NCBI RefSeq assembly: GCF_044344315.1
Contig: NZ_JBIJDC010000009.1
Location: 2,908 to 66,907 of the forward strand
DNA from: Zoogloea sp.
GTDB taxonomy: Bacteria; Pseudomonadota; Gammaproteobacteria; Burkholderiales; Rhodocyclaceae
Direction: 5' to 3'
Length of the DNA stretch: 64,000 bases
Of this stretch, positions 50,478 to 59,300 are shown piece by piece (within the stretch, counting starts at the first letter, position 1; each line of letters starts with the position of its first letter). Below the pieces are notes generated by a model. The model searched no databases. It worked only from the letters and a program-made list of their open reading frames with translations, and was not told where the DNA came from. A program made the position numbers and the translations under genes.

Positions 50478-50914
50478 GCGGCGCTGAGACGGTGCAAGTT
50501 GTGCTGGGTAGCTGGGACGAACTCGCCGAACGTGCTGCGCCCATCCGCTTTCGGGTTTTCGTGGACGAGCAGGGCGTGCCGATGGAGATGGAGCTCGACG
50601 AGTTTGATCCCTTGTCCTGTCACGCCCTGGCGCTGCTTGGCGAGCACGTAGTGGGCACCGGGCGCTTGCTGCCGGATGGGCACATCGGCCGCATGGCGGT
50701 GGACGCCGAATGGCGTGGCCAGGGTGTGGGGGCGGCCTTGCTTGGCGCACTCATCGACGAGGCCGGGCGGCGCCATGTGTCGGTGCTGGCTCTCAGCGCC
50801 CAGACCCATGCGCTGGGCTTCTATACCCGTTTCGGCTTTGTGCCAGTGGGGTCGGAGTATGAAGAGGCAGGCCTGCCCCATCAGGCCATGGAGCGGCGCC
50901 TGGTGGCTGACTGA
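50474..50914 (+). CDS. GNAT N-acetyltransferase (ElaA/YjcF-like)
   Basis: IRFRVFVDEQGVP, GHIGRMAV, WRGQGVG, AQTHALGFY, EAGLPHQAM. Confidence 0.92.
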   Translation: MSGAETVQVVLGSWDELAERAAPIRFRVFVDEQGVPMEMELDEFDPLSCHALALLGEHVVGTGRLLPDGHIGRMAVDAEWRGQGVGAALLGALIDEAGRRHVSVLALSAQTHALGFYTRFGFVPVGSEYEEAGLPHQAMERRLVAD

Positions 50915-50946
50915 GGGTTCGCTGAGGGCCGATTCAAACCCGGCAC

Positions 50947-51639
50947 TCAGGCCTCCGGTGGGCTGCCGGGGTTGCTTTCGGCAGCGGGGAGGGTGCGGAT
51001 GAGGTGGCGGTGGAACCAGTCGGTCGTCTGGGTGGCCGCATCGTCCAGAGCGCCCGGTTCGCGGAAGAAATCATCGGTGCCCGCAATGCTGCGCCAGTCC
51101 TTGGTGCAGGTCATCAGATCGTAGGCCTGGCGGATGTTGGGCAGCCCTTCGTCGCGCTCGCCGACGATCTGCCGGGTCGGGCAGGCTACTTGGCGCAGGG
51201 GTGAAATGCCGGCCAGCCCGGGGCGGCCGCCGCGGCATACCAAGGCGCTCACTGCATCCTGCTCATGAGCCAGGGCGCGGATCGCTGCACCGCAGCCCGT
51301 GCCGCTGGCCACCAGCCCCACGGGCAGGGTGGTAAGGGGTGGCTGGTGGCGCAGCCATTCGAACACGGCGCGGATGCGCTGGCCGAGCAGCGGGGTGTTG
51401 AAGCGGGTGTCCGGGTCGCGGGACTCTTCGTAGTGGTTGAGCAGATCGAAGAGCAGGGTGGCGAAGCCGGCTTCCTGCAGGCGCCGGGCGAAATGGGCTT
51501 CCCTGGAGTCCCGATGGTTTCCCACCGCGTTCTGGGCAATCAGGATCAGGCCGGCGGCATCCGGCGAATGGGCAAGCAGGGCTTCCAGCCAGACGGGGCC
51601 GGCGGCAATGCTGAGGGCGCTATGGCGCAGTTTCATCAT
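50947..51639 (-). CDS. Dienelactone-hydrolase-like alpha/beta-fold protein, apparently catalytically dead
   Basis: AGFATLLFDLL, CRGGRPGLAG, VACPTRQIVGERD, EPGALD, WFHRHL match the PRTase-associated DLH-like family, but the expected GASTG and HLF motifs are altered. Confidence 0.75.
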   Translation of the reverse strand: MMKLRHSALSIAAGPVWLEALLAHSPDAAGLILIAQNAVGNHRDSREAHFARRLQEAGFATLLFDLLNHYEESRDPDTRFNTPLLGQRIRAVFEWLRHQPPLTTLPVGLVASGTGCGAAIRALAHEQDAVSALVCRGGRPGLAGISPLRQVACPTRQIVGERDEGLPNIRQAYDLMTCTKDWRSIAGTDDFFREPGALDDAATQTTDWFHRHLIRTLPAAESNPGSPPEA

Positions 51640-51714
51640 GATCGAAGGAGTCGGGCGGTACTCTGCCGTTCACAATCGCATGCACCGCCGGACACGGCAA
51701 GGCTGTGCCGGGGG

Positions 51715-52788
51715 CTAGTGGCCGCCGATGTGCACTGGAACACGGCGCGCCCCGAATGCGCTGACAAATTTGCCGAAACGCCCGGCCAGCCTGTGGCCGC
51801 AACCCGTGCACGCGCCGCTGGCATCGAGGCGGTAGGCGAGGATCCGGTACCAGTCCCGTTCAATCAGGAGACTGTCGCAGGAGGGGCAGCGGGTGCTGCC
51901 GCCCTCGGTGTCATGTACGTTGCCCGTGTAGACGTGATGCAGTCCGGCCGCCCGGGCGATCCGTCGGGCCCGGGTGAGGGTGGCCGGCGGCGTGGGTGGC
52001 AGGGTGTCGAGCTTGTAATCCGGGTGAAAGGCGGTGAAGTGCAGGGGCACGTCGGGGCCCAGTTCGTCGCAGATCCAGCGGGACAGAGCGGCAAGTTCGC
52101 TGTCGCTGTCGTTGAGGCCGGGAATCAGCAGGGTGGTGATCTCGAACCACACCTCGGTTTCGTGGCGGAGATATAGAAGGGTGTCGAGAACCGGGGCAAG
52201 ATGGGCGCCGGTCTGGTGTATGTAGAAGTCTTCGGTGAAGGCTTTCAGGTCCACGTTGGCGGCGTCCATCACCGCGTAGAAATCCCGGCGCGGGGCCGGG
52301 TGCATGTAGCCGGCGGTGACGGCGACGCTGGCGATGCCCAGTTCCCGGCAGGCCAGGGCGGTGTCGATGGCGTATTCGGCAAAGATCACCGGGTCATTGT
52401 AGGTGAAGGCTACGCTGCGGCAGCCGTGGTGGGCGGCGGCCCGGGCAATCTCGTCGGGTGCTGCGGCATCCATCAGCCGGTCCATGTTGCGGCTCTTGGA
52501 GATATCCCAGTTCTGGCAGAACTTGCAGGCCAGGTTGCAGCCCGCGGTACCGAAGGACAGTACGCTGCTGCCCGGGTAGAAGTGATTGAGGGGCTTTTTT
52601 TCGATGGGGTCGATGCAGAAACCCGAGCTGCGCCCGTAGGTGGTCAGCACCATCCCGGCACCGACCCGTTGACGCACGAAACAGGCTCCCCGCTGGCCCT
52701 CGTGGAGGCGGCAGTCCCGCGGGCAAAGGTCGCACTGGAGGCGACCGTCGTCGAGGAAATGCCAGTAGCGGGCGGGGTGGGCGTCCAT
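51715..52788 (-). CDS. amrS: AmmeMemoRadiSam system radical SAM enzyme
   Basis: N-terminal CDLCPRDC, DPIEKKPLNHF, GCNLACKFCQNW (CxxxCxxC), AFTYNDP, NVDLKAF, C-terminal CPSC/CTGC. Confidence 0.93.
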   Translation of the reverse strand: MDAHPARYWHFLDDGRLQCDLCPRDCRLHEGQRGACFVRQRVGAGMVLTTYGRSSGFCIDPIEKKPLNHFYPGSSVLSFGTAGCNLACKFCQNWDISKSRNMDRLMDAAAPDEIARAAAHHGCRSVAFTYNDPVIFAEYAIDTALACRELGIASVAVTAGYMHPAPRRDFYAVMDAANVDLKAFTEDFYIHQTGAHLAPVLDTLLYLRHETEVWFEITTLLIPGLNDSDSELAALSRWICDELGPDVPLHFTAFHPDYKLDTLPPTPPATLTRARRIARAAGLHHVYTGNVHDTEGGSTRCPSCDSLLIERDWYRILAYRLDASGACTGCGHRLAGRFGKFVSAFGARRVPVHIGGH

Positions 52789-52792
52789 GGCC

Positions 52793-53356
52793 TTAGCTTC
52801 CGCTGGGACCCTCTTTCCACTTGCGCACCTGGTAGCGCGCCAGCATCACGTTGGGGCCCCAGAAATCCGCCGGCAGCCGGGCCTTCTGCTTGAGGGCCGC
52901 CATGAAGCTGCGTCGGTCGGGCAACTGCTCCCACACCTGGGGCAGGAAGGTCGCCTTCTGGCAACCGTTGAAGAAGATCACGCCGTCCCGGCCCGGCACC
53001 AGCTGGCTCAGGGCGTCGGCCTCGTCGTGGAAGTCGATAAATTCGGGTTCGCCGAGCACGGACACCTCCACTGCCACACGCGGGAGTTCGGCTACGGCCA
53101 GGGGAGGAAAGCGCGGGTCGCGCAGGGCGGCAGCAACGGCGTTCTCGCGCACGTCCTCGCCCAGTGGACGATGGGCGTTGAGGCTGCCGATACAGCCCCG
53201 GAGGGTGCCGTCGAGGGTCAGGGTGACGAAGCAGGCGCCGCGTTCGGTGAGCTGGGGGTGCTCGGGGGCCGCGGGAGCCGGCTGGTCGAGGGCGGTGGCA
53301 ATGGCCTGGCGGGCCTGGGCCAGCAGGGCCTGCCCCAGGGCATCAGTGGCGGGCAT
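52793..53356 (-). CDS. amrA: AmmeMemoRadiSam system protein A (AMMECR1 domain)
   Basis: GACFVTLTLDGTLRGCIGS, AALRDPRFPP, EVSVL, ATFLPQVW. Start at ATG 53356. Confidence 0.93.
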   Translation of the reverse strand: MPATDALGQALLAQARQAIATALDQPAPAAPEHPQLTERGACFVTLTLDGTLRGCIGSLNAHRPLGEDVRENAVAAALRDPRFPPLAVAELPRVAVEVSVLGEPEFIDFHDEADALSQLVPGRDGVIFFNGCQKATFLPQVWEQLPDRRSFMAALKQKARLPADFWGPNVMLARYQVRKWKEGPSGS

Positions 53357-54161
53357 GGTCGATGTTCTCGGCAAAGGCAATGGCTGCGTAGCCCACGACC
53401 CGGTCGCGGTCGCCGGCGGTGTCTCCGGAGTTGCGCAGATCGAGCACATGGGGTGCGAGTTGGTGACGGGGGGCGGCCAGCAGCAGGCCGTTGATGGCCG
53501 CTGCGCCACAGGCCTGCTCACCGTCGAGGGTGGGGTCGAGCTGGCGGATCTGGGCGACGGTGGCCTTGTCACGACACTGGGCCTGACGGTAAGGGTGGTA
53601 GTGGGACAGGTCGGAGCTGATCACGATCAGCGTCTCGGGGCCGCCCCACAGGGCTTCGAGCAGGGCGGCAACCAGATGGGTGTCCACCTGACCGACCGCA
53701 AGGGGCAGGATTTCGAAGTGGTGGAGGGTGCTCTGAAGGAAGGGCAATTGCACTTCAATGCCATGTTCTTCGGCGTGGGGGCGGTCGTCCACGATCACCC
53801 CGGGCATCTCCCGCGCCCGCAGCCAGGCTTCCCGGTCCACCGCCACGGCCCCGAGGGGGGTGATGAAGGTCTGGGCGGCGGGCAGGGCCATGCCGCGCAC
53901 CGCTACCCGATGGGTCGGACAGAGGACCAGCACCCGCCGGATGGTCTCGCGGCGCTGCAGGAGTTCGGCGTAGGCGCAGGCCGCCACGGCCCCGGAATAG
54001 ATGTAGCCGGCGTGGGGCACGATCAGGGCCTTGGGTGAATCGACCACTTCAGCCGGCATCGCCGCTGACAGGAAGCCGGCAACCTGGGCGTGGAGACTGT
54101 GGGAGTCTGCCGGGTAAAACAACCCGGCTACCGCCGGCAGGCGTTGGGACGCATGAGCCAT
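53343..54161 (-). CDS. amrB: AmmeMemoRadiSam system protein B (MEMO1 family)
   Basis: PAVAGLFYP, VPHAGYIYSG, EHGIEVQLPFLQ, ISSDLSHY, ACG, VVGYAA. Confidence 0.93.
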   Translation of the reverse strand: MAHASQRLPAVAGLFYPADSHSLHAQVAGFLSAAMPAEVVDSPKALIVPHAGYIYSGAVAACAYAELLQRRETIRRVLVLCPTHRVAVRGMALPAAQTFITPLGAVAVDREAWLRAREMPGVIVDDRPHAEEHGIEVQLPFLQSTLHHFEILPLAVGQVDTHLVAALLEALWGGPETLIVISSDLSHYHPYRQAQCRDKATVAQIRQLDPTLDGEQACGAAAINGLLLAAPRHQLAPHVLDLRNSGDTAGDRDRVVGYAAIAFAENIDHARH

Positions 54162-54210
54162 GGTTTCCTTCTGTCCTTATGTCTTGAACGGGGACACCCC
54201 CTGCTCTCCA

Positions 54211-55479
54211 TTATAGGGAGGACTGCAGCAGCCATGCGATGCCACCGCCGAGGCCGGCGCCCACCGCGAGCATGCCGCCGAGCACCCGCCAGCCAAGAGC
54301 GCTGCCGCCAAGGGTGAAGGCCAGCCCGGACTTGAACGCCAGGTTGGCGAGCATGGCCAGAAGGATGGCGACGGCTGCCGGCAGCGTCTCCACTTTGCCC
54401 ACCGTGTGCAGGCGCAGGGTGGACAGGGTGATGGCGTCCACGTCGGTCAGGCCGGAGGCCAGGGCCAGCAGGTAGAGCCCGCCACGCCCGGCGATGTCCG
54501 ACAGCCAGGCCGCGCACAGGAGCACGGCCGCGTAAAGCAGGCCAAAGCCGATGGCTGCGCGGAGTTCGGTCGGGTTGCGGGTCTCCGGGATGGGCAGGGC
54601 GTCCTTGCCGGCGAGTTGCCGCCAGTCACGGGCCAGCATGACGGCACCGAGCAGCACCGCCAGGGCGCAGCCGGTGGCCAGCAGGGGCACCACCGGGGCC
54701 GACAGGGCGCCGGCGATGGCCAGGATGCGCACCACCATGATCAGGTTGGCGAGCAGGATCACCAGGCTGGCGGTCGCGGTCATGGCCGGGTTTTCGCGGG
54801 CGTGACGGGCGAACACCATGGTCGTCGCCGTGCTCGACACCAGCCCGCCGAGCAGGCCCAGCAGGGGCGCCCCATAGCGTGCACCGACCAGGCGCAGGGC
54901 CATGTAGCCCGCCAGGCTGACGCCCGAGATGAGCACGATCATCAGCCACACTTGGTGGGGGTTGATGGCCTCGTAGGGGCCGAAGCCCCGGTTGGGCAGG
55001 ATGGGCAGCACGATCAGTGACAGCACCGAGAACTGCAGGATGGAGCGCCAATCCTGGGGCGTCAGGCGCGATGCCACGCCCCGCAACTCGGACTTGAAGT
55101 AAAGCAGCATGGTGGAGCCCACCGCCGCCATCACGGCCAGCCGGCCGTGGCCCAGCCACACCATGGCACCGAGGGTGTAGCACACCAGCAGGGCGATCAC
55201 CGAGGTGGTGCCAGGATCATTGGGCTCGGGCTGGCGGAAGTTGGCGGCGATGATCATCAGCGCCACCAGGGCGAAGCCTGCGATCAGCAGGGCCGGGGTG
55301 GCCAGCTGTTCGGTGAGCAGGGCGGCGATGGCGCCGAGCAGCCCGGTCAGCCCGAAGGTGCGCACGCCGGCCAGGGCCGCGGGGCGCCGCTCCCGCTCCA
55401 GGCCCATGAGCAGTCCGATGGCGGTGGCCAGCGCGAGGGCTTCCAGCTGGCGGGGTTCAAAGGGCAGCGAGAAGAGCAT
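54211..55479 (-). CDS. MgtC/SapB-family membrane protein with DUF4010-like C-terminus
   Basis: GLLMGLERE, AGVRTFGL, NPHQVWLMIVLISGVS, GGLVSSTATT, SGLTDVDAITLS. Confidence 0.85.
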   Translation of the reverse strand: MLFSLPFEPRQLEALALATAIGLLMGLERERRPAALAGVRTFGLTGLLGAIAALLTEQLATPALLIAGFALVALMIIAANFRQPEPNDPGTTSVIALLVCYTLGAMVWLGHGRLAVMAAVGSTMLLYFKSELRGVASRLTPQDWRSILQFSVLSLIVLPILPNRGFGPYEAINPHQVWLMIVLISGVSLAGYMALRLVGARYGAPLLGLLGGLVSSTATTMVFARHARENPAMTATASLVILLANLIMVVRILAIAGALSAPVVPLLATGCALAVLLGAVMLARDWRQLAGKDALPIPETRNPTELRAAIGFGLLYAAVLLCAAWLSDIAGRGGLYLLALASGLTDVDAITLSTLRLHTVGKVETLPAAVAILLAMLANLAFKSGLAFTLGGSALGWRVLGGMLAVGAGLGGGIAWLLQSSL

Positions 55480-55551
55480 GGCGTGCTTTCAGGAGGCAGG
55501 AAGACACAATCAGCGGCAGAAGGCGAGGGGACATTGAGTAGAATTGCGCGG

Positions 55552-56253
55552 ATGCGAACCCCTACGACACGTTGCTTCGCCATTGTGCCCGCAGCCGGGA
55601 GCGGCAGCCGGATGCGCAGCGAGCAACCCAAACAATATCTTTCCCTTCTCGGCGAGCCCCTGATCCGCCATACCCTGGCGGTTTTGTGCGAGTCGCCGGT
55701 GATCGACCGCGTTTACGTTGTGCTCTCGGTCGGTGACCAGGAGTGGGACCGCCACGACTGGACTTCGTTCGGCGACCGCCTGGTGCCGCTGTTCTGCGGT
55801 GGTGCGTCCCGTGCCGACAGCGTGCTCAATGGCCTGCGGGCCATTGCCGATGACGCCTCGGAGGGCGACTGGATCCTCGTCCATGACGCCGCCCGGCCGT
55901 GCCTGGCGCCCTGGCATATCGAGGGGCTGGTGCGCGAGCTGATGCATGACGAGGTGGGCGGCATTCTGGCCGTGCCGGTGGCCGATACCCTGAAGCGCGA
56001 GGACAGCACCCACCATATCGCCGGTACGGTGCCGCGGGAGGGCCTGTGGCAGGCCCAGACGCCGCAGATGTTCCGTTACGTGATGCTCAAGCGGGCCCTC
56101 GAAACCGCGCGCCAGGTGACCGACGAGGCCAGCGCCATTGAGGCCATGGGCCTGCGCCCGCGCCTGGTCAGGGGCGACCCCACCAACCTGAAAGTCACTT
56201 TCCCCCTCGACCTGCACCTGGCCGAGTGGATTCTCCAGCACCGCGAGGCTTGA
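55552..56253 (+). CDS. ispD: 2-C-methyl-D-erythritol 4-phosphate cytidylyltransferase
   Basis: [53 protein letters not shown]. Start at ATG 55552. Confidence 0.97.
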   Translation: MRTPTTRCFAIVPAAGSGSRMRSEQPKQYLSLLGEPLIRHTLAVLCESPVIDRVYVVLSVGDQEWDRHDWTSFGDRLVPLFCGGASRADSVLNGLRAIADDASEGDWILVHDAARPCLAPWHIEGLVRELMHDEVGGILAVPVADTLKREDSTHHIAGTVPREGLWQAQTPQMFRYVMLKRALETARQVTDEASAIEAMGLRPRLVRGDPTNLKVTFPLDLHLAEWILQHREA

Positions 56254-56255
56254 AG

Positions 56256-56741
56256 ATGCACGTTCCGTTTCGTATCGGCCAGGGGTTTGATGTTCATGCC
56301 CTGGTTCCCGGTCGCCCGCTGATCATCGGCGGCGTGACGATTCCCTTTGCCAAGGGCCTGCTCGGGCATTCCGACGCCGACGTGCTGCTCCACACCATCA
56401 CCGATGCGCTGCTGGGTGCCGCAGGGCTGGGAGACATCGGCCGGCATTTCCCGGATACCGATCCGCGTTTCGAGGGGGCAGACTCCCGGGTGTTGCTGCG
56501 TGAAGCGGCGGCGGCGGCCCGTGCGGCCGGTTGGGTGACGGTGAATGTGGACGCCACGGTGATTGCCCGGGCGCCGCGCATCCTGCCCCACGTGCCGGCC
56601 ATGGTGGCCAACATCGCGGCCGATCTGGGCATTGATCCGGCTGCCGTCAACATCAAGGGCAAGACCACCGAGAAGCTGGGTTTCACCGGCCGCGGCGAGG
56701 GCATCGCCGCCCAGGCCGTGGCGCTGATGGCGTGGGTGTAA
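56256..56741 (+). CDS. ispF: 2-C-methyl-D-erythritol 2,4-cyclodiphosphate synthase
   Basis: [42 protein letters not shown]. Confidence 0.98.
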   Translation: MHVPFRIGQGFDVHALVPGRPLIIGGVTIPFAKGLLGHSDADVLLHTITDALLGAAGLGDIGRHFPDTDPRFEGADSRVLLREAAAAARAAGWVTVNVDATVIARAPRILPHVPAMVANIAADLGIDPAAVNIKGKTTEKLGFTGRGEGIAAQAVALMAWV

Positions 56742-56780
56742 GCCTGAGGGCAGAGCTGCAGAAGGCGTGATCCGCATGCG

Positions 56781-56813
56781 ACGAAGCCGGCAATTGCCGG
56801 CTTCGTGCTTTCT
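56781..56813. terminator. Terminator between convergent ispF and the PEP-CTERM gene
   Basis: Perfect 26-bp palindrome acgaagccggcaattgccggcttcgt (56781-56806) followed by gctttct. Confidence 0.75.
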
Positions 56814-56815
56814 GC

Positions 56816-57655
56816 TTACTGACTCACGGGCCTGCGCCGCCGGGCCACGCCGGCGAGACCGAAGGCTCCGAGGACCAGGGCCAGGGAGGCCGGTTCGGCC
56901 ACCGTGGCAGCGGGCGGATCGATGATGATGATGTCGTTGGCGCAGAGCATCGTCCATTGCACGTCAAAGCTCTCGGAGGGGTTGCTGCCGACCCAGTGGT
57001 TGCCAAATACGGATACCGGGATCTCCAGCTCGTAGAACCAGTGATTTCCACCCAGCGTACCCATGTTGCCGAAGCTGTTGGAGATGACCATGTCGGCATT
57101 GCCCACATCGGTGCCGGTGTTGACCTTGGTGAGGTAGGTGGAGTTGGCGGGGTCGTAGACGCCGGGGGCGCTCCACAGGCCGGTGGCCCAGTCGGCATTG
57201 GTGGTGCTCACCACGTCGCCCTGCAGCAGGGTGCTGCTGCGGTTGGCAGTGAGAACGCCGAATTCAAAGCTGCCGTCACGGCCGAAGTCGATGGCGAAGT
57301 CGCCGCGGCCGTAGCTGTTGCTGCCGTTGGGAGTGCTCGGGTCGTGACCGGTGATCAGGCCCAGGGCCAGGTAGGTCTGGCCGTCGGTGCGGGTGTACCA
57401 GGTCAGGTAAAGGGCTTCGGCGTCGTAGGCCTGGCCGCCCCAGCCGGGGCTCAGGTAGCCGCCGTTGGCATTGCTCTGGTCTTCCACCGTGTACAGCACG
57501 CCGTTGTTCGGCGTCCACCCTGCGACGCTGCCATTGTTCCTGACACCCCAGTCGGCAAAGTTGCCGTCGATGGTCAGCGGATCTGCATGAGCGGGAAGGG
57601 CGATGACCGTGGTGACCAGGGCAAGGGCGAGGCCGGCGAGGGATGTAGTTTTCAT
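56816..57655 (-). CDS. PEP-CTERM-type sorting-signal exoprotein
   Basis: Signal peptide (AHA-D), Gly/Asn/Asp-rich body, C-terminal VAEPASLALVLGAFGLAGVA-RRRR (motif, TM helix, basic tail). Confidence 0.85.
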   Translation of the reverse strand: MKTTSLAGLALALVTTVIALPAHADPLTIDGNFADWGVRNNGSVAGWTPNNGVLYTVEDQSNANGGYLSPGWGGQAYDAEALYLTWYTRTDGQTYLALGLITGHDPSTPNGSNSYGRGDFAIDFGRDGSFEFGVLTANRSSTLLQGDVVSTTNADWATGLWSAPGVYDPANSTYLTKVNTGTDVGNADMVISNSFGNMGTLGGNHWFYELEIPVSVFGNHWVGSNPSESFDVQWTMLCANDIIIIDPPAATVAEPASLALVLGAFGLAGVARRRRPVSQ

Positions 57656-57749
57656 GGGGCACACCAATCTGGATGGAATGGTGGCGAGAATAGGAGCCCG
57701 CGGCCGTCGGGCGGCGGCACTTCCTCACGGATGGTGCGTGGGTAGGGGC

Positions 57750-57789
57750 AAAAGAGCAGGCAGTTGCGACCCCGGTCACAGCTGCCTGC
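57750..57789 (-). terminator. Rho-independent terminator after the host-attachment gene
   Basis: Minus strand gcaggcag-ctgtgaccggggtcgcaa-ctgcctgc followed by tctttt. Confidence 0.6.
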
Positions 57790-57861
57790 AAGCGCGGTGT
57801 ACCCCTCGGGCCGGTCAACGCCGTCAGGACGGCGGATGGGCGCGGGGGAGCCGCGGGGAGG

Positions 57862-58302
57862 TCAGACGAACAGGCACTGCTCCAGGCGCCCGCACAGGGC
57901 GGGCTCGGGGGATTTGGTGTAGTCCTTCTCGAAGCGGTCGGTGACCAGCTGGGCGGTGGGGCGGTCCAGGGTGGCGTTGAGCATGCCCATGAAGGCGGGT
58001 GGGGCGATGAGAATGGCGCGGCCGAACTTGTTGTGGCTGCGGCCCATGTAAAGCTCCTTGGCCAGCATCTGGGCAAAGGCCCGTGCGGCGTTCTGCTTGG
58101 GTGGGGTGGCTTGTTCCCGGGCACCGTGGCCGCTGCCTGCGGCCTGCATCTGTCCGGCCCGGTCGGAGGCCAGGTCGGCGTTTTTCATGCGGCTTTCGGG
58201 GTGAGCGATCTCCTTCACCAGCTGCAGGCCTTTCTTGGGCCCCAGGTTGGCGTACAGACGGGCAAGACTCGCGTTGGCGACAAGAATCCAGGTGATGACC
58301 AT
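57862..58302 (-). CDS. Host attachment family protein (AtsE / baeRF-like)
   Basis: ITWILVANASLARLY, HPESRMKNADLASDRAG, AFAQMLA, LIAPPAFMGML, KDYTK. Confidence 0.85.
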   Translation of the reverse strand: MVITWILVANASLARLYANLGPKKGLQLVKEIAHPESRMKNADLASDRAGQMQAAGSGHGAREQATPPKQNAARAFAQMLAKELYMGRSHNKFGRAILIAPPAFMGMLNATLDRPTAQLVTDRFEKDYTKSPEPALCGRLEQCLFV

Positions 58303-58347
58303 GAGTTGCTCTCCACTTTCTGTCATGAATGCCGGAGCGGCCTAAGC

Positions 58348-58376
58348 AATGTAGACAGCCCCGCTGGGCAAATCAA
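58348..58376 (-). promoter_or_regulatory. Candidate sigma70 promoter of the host-attachment gene
   Basis: Minus strand TTGATT-N17-TACATT. Confidence 0.5.
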
Positions 58377-59176
58377 AGGGAGCTTGTCTGATCCCCCGGT
58401 GCGGCCCGCCCGAGGCGGGCTTCACCCACGGCCGGGTCTTGTCCGAAGTAGCCGGAAAGCTGTTCGTAAACAGCGGGGTACTCGGATTTTAGGAGGCCGG
58501 GGGTTTCAAAGAAGGCCTCGCTCATCACGGCAAAGAACTCGGCAGGATGCTCGGCCCCGTAGGGGTCGAGGGCGGTGTCCTCGCCCTGGTCCACCCGGCT
58601 GCAGAAGTCGTCGTAGGCAGGCTGGAAGGCCCGCGCCCAGGCGCTGGCGGAGAGATGGGCGGGCAGCCGCGGGTAGCCATCCACTTCGCCGTTGCCCATG
58701 TCGAGTTTGTGGGCAAATTCGTGAATCACCACATTGATGCCATCGAAGGGGTTTTCGCCCTCGAACCACGACAGCAACACCGGACCGCCTTCCCAGGCCT
58801 CGCCGAGCACCTCGTCGTTGTACTCGTGCACGACGCCGTCCTCGTCGATGACGCTGCGGGGGATCACGAAGTCGCCCGGGTACACGATGATGCCCACCCA
58901 GTCGGCGTAGGCGTCCAGCCCGATGTTCAGCACCGGCAGGCAGGCCTGCAGGGCGATGGAGAGGAGGAGGGTGTCGGTGATGATCACTCCCTCGGCCCCA
59001 TGCACCTGCTTGTCGGCGAGGAACTCGAGGGCCATGCGGCGCAGGCGCGGGCGGTCTTCCGGCGGCAGGTAGTCGAGAAAGGGCAGGCTGCTCTCGACGG
59101 CGCTCCACTGCTCGGGCGATATCGTGTGGCGGTCGGCGGCGCGCTGGCGTCGCCAGCGGCGAAAGGCGGAAAACAT
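58373..59176 (-). CDS. MtfA-family (M90) zinc peptidase
   Basis: IALQACLPVLNIGL, IIVYPGDF, GEAWEGGPVLLSW, NVVIHEFAHKLD, YGAEHPAEFFAVMSEAFF. Confidence 0.88.
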   Translation of the reverse strand: MFSAFRRWRRQRAADRHTISPEQWSAVESSLPFLDYLPPEDRPRLRRMALEFLADKQVHGAEGVIITDTLLLSIALQACLPVLNIGLDAYADWVGIIVYPGDFVIPRSVIDEDGVVHEYNDEVLGEAWEGGPVLLSWFEGENPFDGINVVIHEFAHKLDMGNGEVDGYPRLPAHLSASAWARAFQPAYDDFCSRVDQGEDTALDPYGAEHPAEFFAVMSEAFFETPGLLKSEYPAVYEQLSGYFGQDPAVGEARLGRAAPGDQTSSL

Positions 59177-59300
59177 GGGCTCGGGAGAGGTGTCGATGAA
59201 ACTGAAATGGCCGGCGTGGGGTCGGAGTGGCGCACCTGACATCACCGGCGGGGCGATCAAGATCAAACTTTCACTGCTCAGCCTATAGGATAATGCCGGC

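Noticed and set aside
57790-57800. GG...TTGCA upstream of the PEP-CTERM gene (about 57787-57803) as a sigma54 promoter
   Set aside because: GG-to-GC spacing is 12 nt instead of 10, and it lies upstream of a terminator-like hairpin.
58365-58376. TTGAT half-site as an FNR box for the host-attachment gene
   Set aside because: There is no matching ATCAA half at N4 spacing. It is better explained as a -35 element.
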